From NCBI GenBank assembly GCA_040954595.2, contig CM082591.2:10743309-10807308 (forward strand): a stretch of 64,000 bases of DNA, read 5' to 3'. This DNA is from Balanoglossus misakiensis (Eukaryota > Animalia > Hemichordata). Below the pieces are notes generated by a model. That model ran no database searches, was not told where the DNA came from, and was given only the letters and a program-made list of their open reading frames with translations. This document shows positions 53,500 through 64,000 of the stretch, piece after piece; position 1 is the stretch's first letter; every line of letters starts with the position of its first letter. The position numbers were made by a program, and so were the translations under genes.

Positions 53500-56400
53500 A
53501 CAACATAATTCGGTAAATAAACGAGGGTGTGTTTGGAAGCAACCATGGAAACTTTAGAACTATCCGTCGATCTACAGAGTCTAGTGGAAAACTTTCTTAT
53601 GCGCATAGACCTATCATGTGTTCTGCGCATCACAGCAGAATTTTGTAAACAAACGAGGCCGTGTTTCGAAGCAACCATGGAAACTTTAGAACTATCCGTC
53701 GATCTACAGAGTCTAGAGGAAAACTTTCTTATCCTCATAGGCCTATCATGTGTTCTGCGCATCACAACAGAATTTTGTAAACAAACGAGGCTGTGTTTGG
53801 AAGCAACCATGGAAACTTTAGAACTATCCGTCGATCTACAGAGTCTAGTGGAAAACTTTCTTATGCGCATAGACCTATCATGTGTTCTGCGCATCACAAC
53901 AGAATGTTGTAAACAAACGAGGCTGTGTTTCGAAGCAACCATAGAAACTTTAGAACTATCCGTCGATCTATAGAGTCCAGTGGAAAACTTTCTTATCCTC
54001 ATAGGGCTATCATGTGTTCTGCGCATCACAACAGAATTTTGTAAACAAACGAGGCCGTGTTTGGAAGCAACCATGGAAATTTTAGAACTACCCGTCGATC
54101 TACTGAGTCTAGTGGAAAACTTTCTTATGCGCATAGGCCTATCTATGTGTTCTGCGCATCACAACATAATTCGGTAAATAAACGAGGGTGTGTTTGGAAG
54201 CAACCATGGAAACTTTAGAACTATCCGTCGATCTACAGAGTCTAGTGGAAAACTTTCTTATGCGCATAGTCCTATCATGTGTTCTGCGCATCACAGCAGA
54301 ATTTTGTAAACAAACGAGGCCGTGTTTCGAAGCAACCATGGAAACTTTAGAACTATCCGTCGATCTACAGAGTCTAGAGGAAAACTTTCTTATCCTCATA
54401 GGCCTATCATGTGTTCTGCGCATCACAACAGAATTTTGTAAACAAACGAGGCTGTGTTTGGAAGCAACCATGGAAACTTTAGAACTATCCGTCGATCTAC
54501 AGAGTCTAGTGGAAAACTTTCTTTTGCGCATAGACCTATCATGTGTTCTGCGCATCACAACATAATTTTGTAAACAAACGAGGCTATGTTTTGAAGCAAC
54601 CATAGAAACTTTAGAACTATCCGTCGATCTATAGAGTCCAGTGGAAAACTTTCTTATCCTCATAGGGCTATCATGTGTTCTGCGCATCACAACAGAATTT
54701 TGTAAACAAACGAGGCTGTGTTTGGAAGCAACCATGGAAACTTTAGAACTATCCGTCGATCTACAGAGTCTAGTGGAAAACTTTCTTATGCGCATAGACC
54801 TATCATGTGTTCTGCGCATCACAACAGAATTTTGTAAACAAACGAGGCTGTGTTTCGAAGCAACCATGGAAACTTTAGAACTATTCGTCGATCTACAGAG
54901 TCTAGTGGAAAACTTCCTTATGCTCGTAGGCCTATCATGTGTTCTGCGCATCACAACAGAATTTTGTAAACAAACGAGGCTGTGTTTGGAAGCAACAATG
55001 GAAACTTTAGAACTATCTGTCGATCTACAGAGTCTAGTGGAAAACTCTCTTATGCGCATAGACCTATCATGTGTTCTGCGCATCACAACAGAATTTTGTA
55101 AACAAACGAGGCTGTGTTTGGAAGCAACCATGGAAACTTTAGAACTATCCGTCGATCTACAGAGTCTAGTGGAAAACTTTCTTATGCGCATAGACCTATC
55201 ATGTGTTCTGCGCATCACAACAGAATGTTGTAAACAAACGAGGCTGTGTTTGGAAGCAACCATGGAAACTTTAGAACTATCCGTCGATCTACAGAGTCTA
55301 GTGGAAAACTTTCTTATGCGCATAGACCTATCATGTGTTCTGCGCATCACAACAGAATTTTGTAAACAAACGAGGCTGTGTTTCGAAGCAACCATGGAAA
55401 CTTTAGAACTATCCGTCGATCTACAGAGTCTAGTGGAAAACTTTCTTATGCTCGTAGGCCTATCATGTGTTCTGCGCATCACAACAGAATTTTGTAAACA
55501 AACGAGGCTGTGTTTGGAAGCAACAATGGAAACTTTAGAACTATCTGTCGATCTACAGAGTCTAGTGGAAAACTTTCTTATGCGCATAGACCTATCATGT
55601 GTTCTGCGCATCACAACAGAATTTTGTAAACAAACGAGGCTGTGTTTGGAAGCAACCATGGAAACTTTAGAACTATCCGTCGATCTACAGAGTCTAGTGG
55701 AAAACTTTCTTATGCGCATAGACCTATCATGTGTTCTGCGCATCACAACAGAATTTTGTAAACAAACGAGGCTGTGTTTGGAAGCAACCATGGAAACTTT
55801 AGAACTATCCGTCGATCTACAGAGTCTAGTGGAAAACTTTCTTATGCTCGTAGGCCTATCATGTGTTCTGCGCATCACAACAGAATTTTGTAAACAAACG
55901 AGGCTGTGTTTGGAAGCAACAATGGAAACTTTAGAACTATCTGTCGATCTACAGAGTCTAGTGGAAAACTTTCTTATGCGCATAGACCTATCATGTGTTC
56001 TGCGCTTCACAACAGAATTTTGTAAACAAACGAGGCTGTGTTTGGAAGCAACCATGGAAACTTTAGAACTATCCGTCGATCTACAGAGTCTAGTGGAAAA
56101 CTCTCTTATGCGCATAGACCTATCATGTGTTCTGCGCATCACAACAGAATTTTGTAAACAAACGAGGCTGTGTTTGGAAGCAACCATGGAAACTTTAGAA
56201 CTATCCGTCGATCTACAGAGTCTAGTGGAAAACTTTCTTATGCGCATAGACCTATCATGTGTTCTGCGCATCACAACAGAATTTTGTAAACAAACGAGGC
56301 TGTGTTTGGAAGCAACCATGGAAACTTTAGAACTATCCGTCGATCGACAGAGTCTAGTGGAAAACTTTCTTATGCGCATAGGCCTATCTATGTGTTCTGC

Positions 56401-59400
56401 GCATCACAACAGAATTCGGTAAATAAACGAGGCTGTGTTTGGAAGCAACCATGGAAATTTTAGAACTATCCGTCGATCTACAGAGTCTAGTGGAAAACTT
56501 TATTATGTGCATAGGTCTATCATGTGTTCTGCGCATCACAACATAATTTTGAAAACAATCGAGGCTGTGTTTGGAAGCAACCATGGAAACTTTAGAACTA
56601 TCCGTCGATCTACAGAGTCTAGTGGAAAACTTTCTTATGCGCATAGGCCTATCATGTTTTCTGCGCATCACAACAGAATTCGGTAAATAAACGAGGGTGT
56701 ATTTGGAAGCAACCATGGAAACTTTAGAACTATCCGTCGATCGACAGAGTCTAGTGGAAAACTTTCTTATCCTCATAGGGCTATCATGTGTTCTGCGCAT
56801 CACAACAGAATTTTGTAAACAAACGAGGCTGTGTTTGGAAGCAACCATGGAAACTTTAGAACTATCCGTCGATCTACAGAGTCTAGTGGAAAACTTTCTT
56901 ATGCGCATAGACCTATCATGTGTTCTGCGCATCACAACAGAATTTTGTAAACAAACGAGGCTGTGTTTCGAAGCAACCATGGAAACTTTAGAACTATCCG
57001 TCGATCTACAGAGTCTAGTGGAAAACTTTCTTATGCTCGTAGGCCTATCATGTGTTCTGCGCATCACAACAGAATTTTGTAAACAAACGAGGCTGTGTTT
57101 GGAAGCAACAATGGAAACTTTAGAACTATCTGTCGATCTACAGAGTCTAGTGGAAAACTTTCTTATGCGCATAGACCTATCATGTGTTCTGCGCATCACA
57201 ACAGAATTTTGTAAACAAACGAGGCTGTGTTTGGAAGCAACCATGGAAACTTTAGAACTATCCGTCGATCTACAGAGTCTAGTGGAAAACTTTCTTATGC
57301 GCATAGACCTATCATGTGTTCTGCGCATCACAACAGAATTTTGTAAACAAACGAGGCTGTGTTTGGAAGCAACCATGGAAACTTTAGAACTATCCGTCGA
57401 TCTACAGAGTCTAGTGGAAAACTTTCTTATGCTCGTAGGCCTATCATGTGTTCTGCGCATCACAACAGAATTTTGTAAACAAACGAGGCTGTGTTTGGAA
57501 GCAACAATGGAAACTTTAGAACTATCTGTCGATCTACAGAGTCTAGTGGAAAACTTTCTTATGCGCATAGACCTATCATGTGTTCTGCGCATCACAACAG
57601 AATTTTGTAAACAAACGAGGCTGTGTTTGGAAGCAACCATGGAAACTTTAGAACTATCCGTCGATCTACAGAGTCTAGTGGAAAACTCTCTTATGCGCAT
57701 AGACCTATCATGTGTTCTGCGCATCACAACAGAATTTTGTAAACAAACGAGGCTGTGTTTGGAAGCAACCATGGAAACTTTAGAACTATCCGTCGATCTA
57801 CAGAGTCTAGTGGAAAACTTTCTTATGCGCATAGACCTATCATGTGTTCTGCGCATCACAACAGAATTTTGTAAACAAACGAGGCTGTGTTTGGAAGCAA
57901 CCATGGAAACTTTAGAACTATCCGTCGATCGACAGAGTCTAGTGGAAAACTTTCTTATGCGCATAGGCCTATCTATGTGTTCTGCGCATCACAACAGAAT
58001 TCGGTAAATAAACGAGGCTGTGTTTGGAAGCAACCATGGAAATTTTAGAACTATCCGTCGATCTACAGAGTCTAGTGGAAAACTTTATTATGTGCATAGG
58101 TCTATCATGTGTTCTGCGCATCACAACATAATTTTTAAAACAATCGAGGCTGTGTTTGGAAGCAACCATGGAAACTTTAGAACTATCCGTCGATCTACAG
58201 AGTCTAGTGGAAAACTTTCTTATGCGCATAGGCCTATCATGTTTTCTGCGCATCACAACAGAATTCGGTAAATAAACGAGGGTGTATTTGGAAGCAACCA
58301 TGGAAACTTTAGAACTATCCGTCGATCGACAGAGTCTAGTGGAAAACTTTCTTATGCGCATAGACCTATCATGTGTTCTGCGCATCACAACAGAATTTTG
58401 TAAACAAACGAGGCTGTGTTTGGAGGCAACAATGGAAACTTTAGAACTATCCGTCGATCTACAGAGTCTAGTGGAAAACTTTCTAATGCGCATACACCTA
58501 TCATGTGTTCTGCGCATCACAACAGAATTTTGTAAACAAACGAGGCTGTGTTTGGAAGCAACCATGGAAACTTTAGAACTATCCGTCGTTCTACAGAGTC
58601 TAGAGGAAAACTTTCTTATCCTCATAGGGCTATCATGTGTTCTGCGCATCACAACAGAATTTTGTAAACAAACGAGGCTGTGTTTGGAAGCAACCATGGA
58701 AACTTTAGAACTATCCGTCGATCTACAGAGTCTAGTGGAAAACTTTCTTATGCGCATAGACCTATCATGTGTTCTGCGCATCACAACAGAATTTTGTAAA
58801 CAAACGAGGCTGTGTTTCGAAGCAACCATGGAAACTTTAGAACTATCCGTCGATCTACAGAGTCTAGTGGAAAACTTTCTTATGCTCGTAGGCCTATCAT
58901 GTGTTCTGCGCATCACAACAGAATTTTGTAAACAAACGAGGCTGTGTTTGGAAGCAACAATGGAAACTTTAGAACTATCTGTCGATCTACAGAGTCTAGT
59001 GGAAAACTTTCTTATGCGCATAGACCTATCATGTGTTCTGCGCATCACAACAGAATTTTGTAAACAAACGAGGCTGTGTTTGGAAGCAACCATGGAAACT
59101 TTAGAACTATCCGTCGATCTACAGAGTCTAGTGGAAAACTCTCTTATGCGCATAGACCTATCATGTGTTCTGCGCATCACAACAGAATTTTGTAAACAAA
59201 CGAGGCTGTGTTTGGAAGCAACCATGGAAACTTTAGAACTATCCGTCGATCTACAGAGTCTAGTGGAAAACTTTCTTATGCGCATAGACCTATCATGTGT
59301 TCTGCGCATCACAACAGAATTTTGTAAACAAACGAGGCTGTGTTTGGAAGCAACCATGGAAACTTTAGAACTATCCGTCGATCGACAGAGTCTAGTGGAA

Positions 59401-62400
59401 AACTTTCTTATGCGCATAGGCCTATCTATGTGTTCTGCGCATCACAACAGAATTCGGTAAATAAACGAGGCTGTGTTTGGAAGCAACCATGGAAATTTTA
59501 GAACTATCCGTCGATCTACAGAGTCTAGTGGAAAACTTTATTATGTGCATAGGTCTATCATGTGTTCTGCGCATCACAACATAATTTTGAAAACAATCGA
59601 GGCTGTGTTTGGAAGCAACCATGGAAACTTTAGAACTATCCGTCGATCTACAGAGTCTAGTGGAAAACTTTCTTATGCGCATAGGCCTATCATGTTTTCT
59701 GCGCATCACAACAGAATTCGGTAAATAAACGAGGGTGTATTTGGAAGCAACCATGGAAACTTTAGAACTATCCGTCGATCGACAGAGTCTAGTGGAAAAC
59801 TTTCTTATGCGCATAGACCTATCATGTGTTCTGCGCATCACAACAGAATTTTGTAAACAAACGAGGCTGTGTTTGGAGGCAACAATGGAAACTTTAGAAC
59901 TATCCGTCGATCTACAGAGTCTAGTGGAAAACTTTCTAATGCGCATACACCTATCATGTGTTCTGCGCATCACAACAGAATTTTGTAAACAAACGAGGCT
60001 GTGTTTGGAAGCAACCATGGAAACTTTAGAACTATCCGTCGTTCTACAGAGTCTAGAGGAAAACTTTCTTATCCTCATAGGGCTATCATGTGTTCTGCGC
60101 ATCACAACAGAATTTTGTAAACAAACGAGGCTGTGTTTGGAAGCAACCATGGAAACTTTAGAACTATCCGTCGATCTACAGAGTCTAGTGGAAAACTTTC
60201 TTATGCGCATAGACCTATCATGTGTTCTGCGCATCACAACAGAATTTTGTAAACAAACGAGGCTGTGTTTGGAAGCAACCATGGAAACTTTAGAACTATC
60301 CGTCGATCGACAGAGTCTAGTGGAAAACTTTCTTATGCGCATAGGCCTATCTATGTGTTCTGCGAATCACAACAGAATTCGGTAAATAAACGAGGCTGTG
60401 TTTGGAAGCAACCATGGAAATTTTAGAACTATCCGTCGATCTACAGAGTCTAGAGGAAAACTTTCTTATGCGCATAGACCTATCATGTGTTCTGCGCATC
60501 ACAACAGAATTTTGTAAACAAACGAGGCTGTGTTTGGAAGCAACCATGGAAACTTTAGAACTATCCGTCGATCTACAGAGTCTAGAGGAAAACTTTCTTA
60601 TGCGCATAGACCTATCATGTGTTCTGTGCATCACAACATAATTTTGAAAACAATCGAGGCTGTGTTTGGAAGCAACCATGGAAACTTTAGAACTATCCGT
60701 CGATCTACAGAGTCTAGTGGAAAACTTTCTTATGCGCATAGACCTATCATGTGTTCTGCGCATCACAACACAATTTTGTAAACAAACGAGGCTGTGTTTG
60801 GAAGCAACCATGGAAACTTTAGAACTATCCGTCGATCTACAGAGTCTAGTGGAAAACTTTGTTATGCTCGTAGGCCTATCATGTGTTCTGCGCATCACAA
60901 CAGAATTTTGAAAACAATCGAGGCTGTGTTTGGAAGCAACCATGGAAACTTTAGAACTATCCGTCGATCTACAGAGTCTAGTGGAAAACTTTCTTATGCG
61001 CATAGACCTATCATGTGTTCTGCGCATCACAACAGAATTTTGTAAACAAACGAGGCTGTGTTTCGAAGCAACCATGGAAACTTTAGAACTATCCGTCGAT
61101 CTACTGAGTCTAGTGGAAAACTTTCTTATGCTCGTAGGCCTATCATGTGTTCTGCGCATCACAACAGAATTTTGTAAACAAACGAGGCTGTGTTTGGAAG
61201 CAACAATGGAAACTTTAGAACTATCCGTCGATCTACAGAGTCTAGTGGAAAACTTTCTTATGCTCGTAGGCCTATCATGTGTTCTGCGCATCACAACAGA
61301 ATTTTGTAAACAAACGAGGCTGTGTTTGGAAGCAACAATGGAAACTTTAGAACTATCTGTCGATCTACAGAGTCTAGTGGAAAACTTTCTTATGCGCATA
61401 GACCTATCATGTGTTCTGCGCATCACAACAGAATTTTGTAAACAAACGAGGCTGTGTTTGGAAGCAACCATGGAAACTTTAGAACTATCCGTCGATCTAC
61501 AGAGTCTAGTGGAAAACTTTGTTATGCGCATAGACCTATCATGTGTTCTGCGCATCACAACAGAATTTTGTAAACAAACGAGGCTGTGTTTGGAAGCAAC
61601 CATGTAAACTTTAGAACTATCCGTCGTTCTACAGAGTCTAGAGGAAAACTTTCTTATGCGCATAGACCTATCATGTGTTCTGCGCATCACAACAGAATTT
61701 TGTAAACAAACGAGGCTGTGTTTGGAAGCAACCATGGAAACTTTAGTACTATCCGTCGATCTACAGAGTCTAGTGGAAAACTTTCTTATGCGCATAGACC
61801 TATCATGTGTTCTGCGCATCACAACAGAATTTTGTAAACAAACGAGGCTGTGTTTGGAAGCAACCATGGAAACTTTAGAACTATCCGTCGATCTACAGAG
61901 TCTAGTGGAAAACTTTCTTATGCGCATAGACCTATCATGTGTTCTGCGCATCACAACAGAATTTTGTAAACAAACGAGGCTGTGTTTGGAAGCAACCATG
62001 GAAACTTTAGAACTATCCGTCGATCGACAGAGTCTAGTGGAAAACTTTCTTATGCGCATAGGCCTATCTATGTGTTCTGCGCATCACAACAGAATTCGGT
62101 AAATAAACGAGGCTGTGTTTGGAAGCAACCATGGAAATTTTAGAACTATCCGTCGATCTACAGAGTCTAGTGGAAAACTTTATTATGTGCATAGGTCTAT
62201 CATGTGTTCTGCGCATCACAACATAATTTTTAAAACAATCGAGGCTGTGTTTGGAAGCAACCATGGAAACTTTAGAACTATCCGTCGATCTACAGAGTCT
62301 AGTGGAAAACTTTCTTATGCGCATAGGCCTATCATGTTTTCTGCGCATCACAACAGAATTCGGTAAATAAACGAGGGTGTATTTGGAAGCAACCATGGAA

Positions 62401-64000
62401 ACTTTAGAACTATCCGTCGATCGACAGAGTCTAGTGGAAAACTTTCTTATGCGCATAGACCTATCATGTGTTCTGCGCATCACAACAGAATTTTGTAAAC
62501 AAACGAGGCTGTGTTTGGAGGCAACAATGGAAACTTTAGAACTATCCGTCGATCTACAGAGTCTAGTGGAAAACTTTCTAATGCGCATACACCTATCATG
62601 TGTTCTGCGCATCACAACAGAATTTTGTAAACAAACGAGGCTGTGTTTGGAAGCAACCATGGAAACTTTAGAACTATCCGTCGTTCTACAGAGTCTAGAG
62701 GAAAACTTTCTTATCCTCATAGGGCTATCATGTGTTCTGCGCATCACAACAGAATTTTGTAAACAAACGAGGCTGTGTTTGGAAGCAACCATGGAAACTT
62801 TAGAACTATCCGTCGATCTACAGAGTCTAGTGGAAAACTTTCTTATGCGCATAGACCTATCATGTGTTCTGCGCATCACAACAGAATTTTGTAAACAAAC
62901 GAGGCTGTGTTTCGAAGCAACCATGGAAACTTTAGAACTATCCGTCGATCTACAGAGTCTAGTGGAAAACTTTCTTATGCTCGTAGGCCTATCATGTGTT
63001 CTGCGCATCACAACAGAATTTTGTAAACAAACGAGGCTGTGTTTGGAAGCAACAATGGAAACTTTAGAACTATCTGTCGATCTACAGAGTCTAGTGGAAA
63101 ACTTTCTTATGCGCATAGACCTATCATGTGTTCTGCGCATCACAACAGAATTTTGTAAACAAACGAGGCTGTGTTTGGAAGCAACCATGGAAACTTTAGA
63201 ACTATCCGTCGATCTACAGAGTCTAGTGGAAAACTCTCTTATGCGCATAGACCTATCATGTGTTCTGCGCATCACAACAGAATTTTGTAAACAAACGAGG
63301 CTGTGTTTGGAAGCAACCATGGAAACTTTAGAACTATCCGTCGATCTACAGAGTCTAGTGGAAAACTTTCTTATGCGCATAGACCTATCATGTGTTCTGC
63401 GCATCACAACAGAATTTTGTAAACAAACGAGGCTGTGTTTGGAAGCAACCATGGAAACTTTAGAACTATCCGTCGATCGACAGAGTCTAGTGGAAAACTT
63501 TCTTATGCGCATAGGCCTATCTATGTGTTCTGCGCATCACAACAGAATTCGGTAAATAAACGAGGCTGTGTTTGGAAGCAACCATGGAAATTTTAGAACT
63601 ATCCGTCGATCTACAGAGTCTAGTGGAAAACTTTATTATGTGCATAGGTCTATCATGTGTTCTGCGCATCACAACATAATTTTGAAAACAATCGAGGCTG
63701 TGTTTGGAAGCAACCATGGAAACTTTAGAACTATCCGTCGATCTACAGAGTCTAGTGGAAAACTTTCTTATGCGCATAGGCCTATCATGTTTTCTGCGCA
63801 TCACAACAGAATTCGGTAAATAAACGAGGGTGTATTTGGAAGCAACCATGGAAACTTTAGAACTATCCGTCGATCGACAGAGTCTAGTGGAAAACTTTCT
63901 TATGCGCATAGACCTATCATGTGTTCTGCGCATCACAACAGAATTTTGTAAACAAACGAGGCTGTGTTTGGAGGCAACAATGGAAACTTTAGAACTATCC
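53500..64000. repeat. Satellite domain IV: consensus-rich, lacks the tttcct(c/t)aaat and atcagaaaac monomers; HOR units of 12, 11, 7, 13 and 11 monomers
   Basis: The last cctcaaat is at ~53380. The +1 monomers fall at 56384, 57969, 59422, 60347, 62064 and 63517 (gaps 1585, 1453, 925, 1717, 1453). Markers are atgctcgtagg, tattatgtgcat, gggtgtattt and catacacc. Confidence 0.85.
57730..64000. repeat. 4095-bp (31-monomer) period duplication that runs off the window end
   Basis: ORF pairs 57969/62064, 58020/62115, 58282/62377 and 59473/63568 are offset by 4095 with apparently identical translations. The private ataatttttaaaac variant is at ~58130 and ~62225. Confidence 0.88.

Larger units (their letters stand above)
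1..64000. repeat. 132-bp tandem satellite DNA array (~485 monomers, head-to-tail, single orientation), probably (peri)centromeric
   Basis: Motifs such as ggaaaacttt, gttctgcgcatcacaac and ttagaactatccgtcgatct recur every 132 bp from the first to the last line (monomer starts at 1, 133, 265). ORF translations repeat with a 44-aa period. No unique sequence is seen anywhere. Centromeric location is inference only. Confidence 0.99.

Noticed and set aside
340-63936. Numerous long ORFs on both strands (up to 1450 aa) with 44-aa repeats
   Set aside because: They follow from the 132-bp (3n) unit lacking stops in one frame per strand. They overlap antisense to each other, are broken by amplified +1/+5/-1 indels and stops, have no unique N- or C-terminal domains, and show no synonymous bias that I can see.
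1-64000. CRISPR array or other repeat-spacer or cassette system
   Set aside because: There are no unique spacers. Variable positions are a few recurrent alleles, and no cas, integrase or reverse transcriptase genes are present.
1-64000. Transposon insertion, inversion or telomeric repeat within the array
   Set aside because: Reading through the window showed no non-satellite sequence and no reverse-complement monomers.
1-64000. A single fixed HOR period for the whole array
   Set aside because: Observed periods vary locally (6, 7, 10, 11, 12, 13, 14, 15, 18, 19, 28, 31 and 51 monomers), and each is repeated only about twice.

Overview
The whole 64-kb window is one uninterrupted, single-orientation tandem array of a 132-bp satellite monomer (~485 copies, ~41% GC). 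The consensus is ggaaaactttcttatgcgcatagacctatcatgtgttctgcgcatcacaacagaattttgtaaacaaacgaggctgtgtttggaagcaaccatggaaactttagaactatccgtcgatctacagagtctagt. I see no genes, RNA genes, CRISPR spacers, transposons or inversions. All ORFs in the track are by-products of a 44-codon unit that is stop-free in one frame on each strand. They are broken by amplified frameshifting indels and stop codons, so I do not call them CDS. The real information is the higher-order structure. There are successive variant-defined domains (~1-14.4 kb, 14.4-26.6 kb, 26.6-53.5 kb, 53.5-64 kb) and nested tandem duplications of about 793, 930, 1326, 1848, 1986, 2384, 2512, 2521, 3705, 4095 and 6759 bp. One hypervariable slot in the monomer carries discrete multi-base alleles, one of them CENP-B-box-like. 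Variant cassettes shared between distant domains suggest layered expansion. This looks like eukaryotic (peri)centromeric satellite DNA, but the organism and centromeric function cannot be established from sequence alone. I find no support for a novel gene system. Duplication offsets come from the ORF track plus manual comparison, and block edges are approximate.
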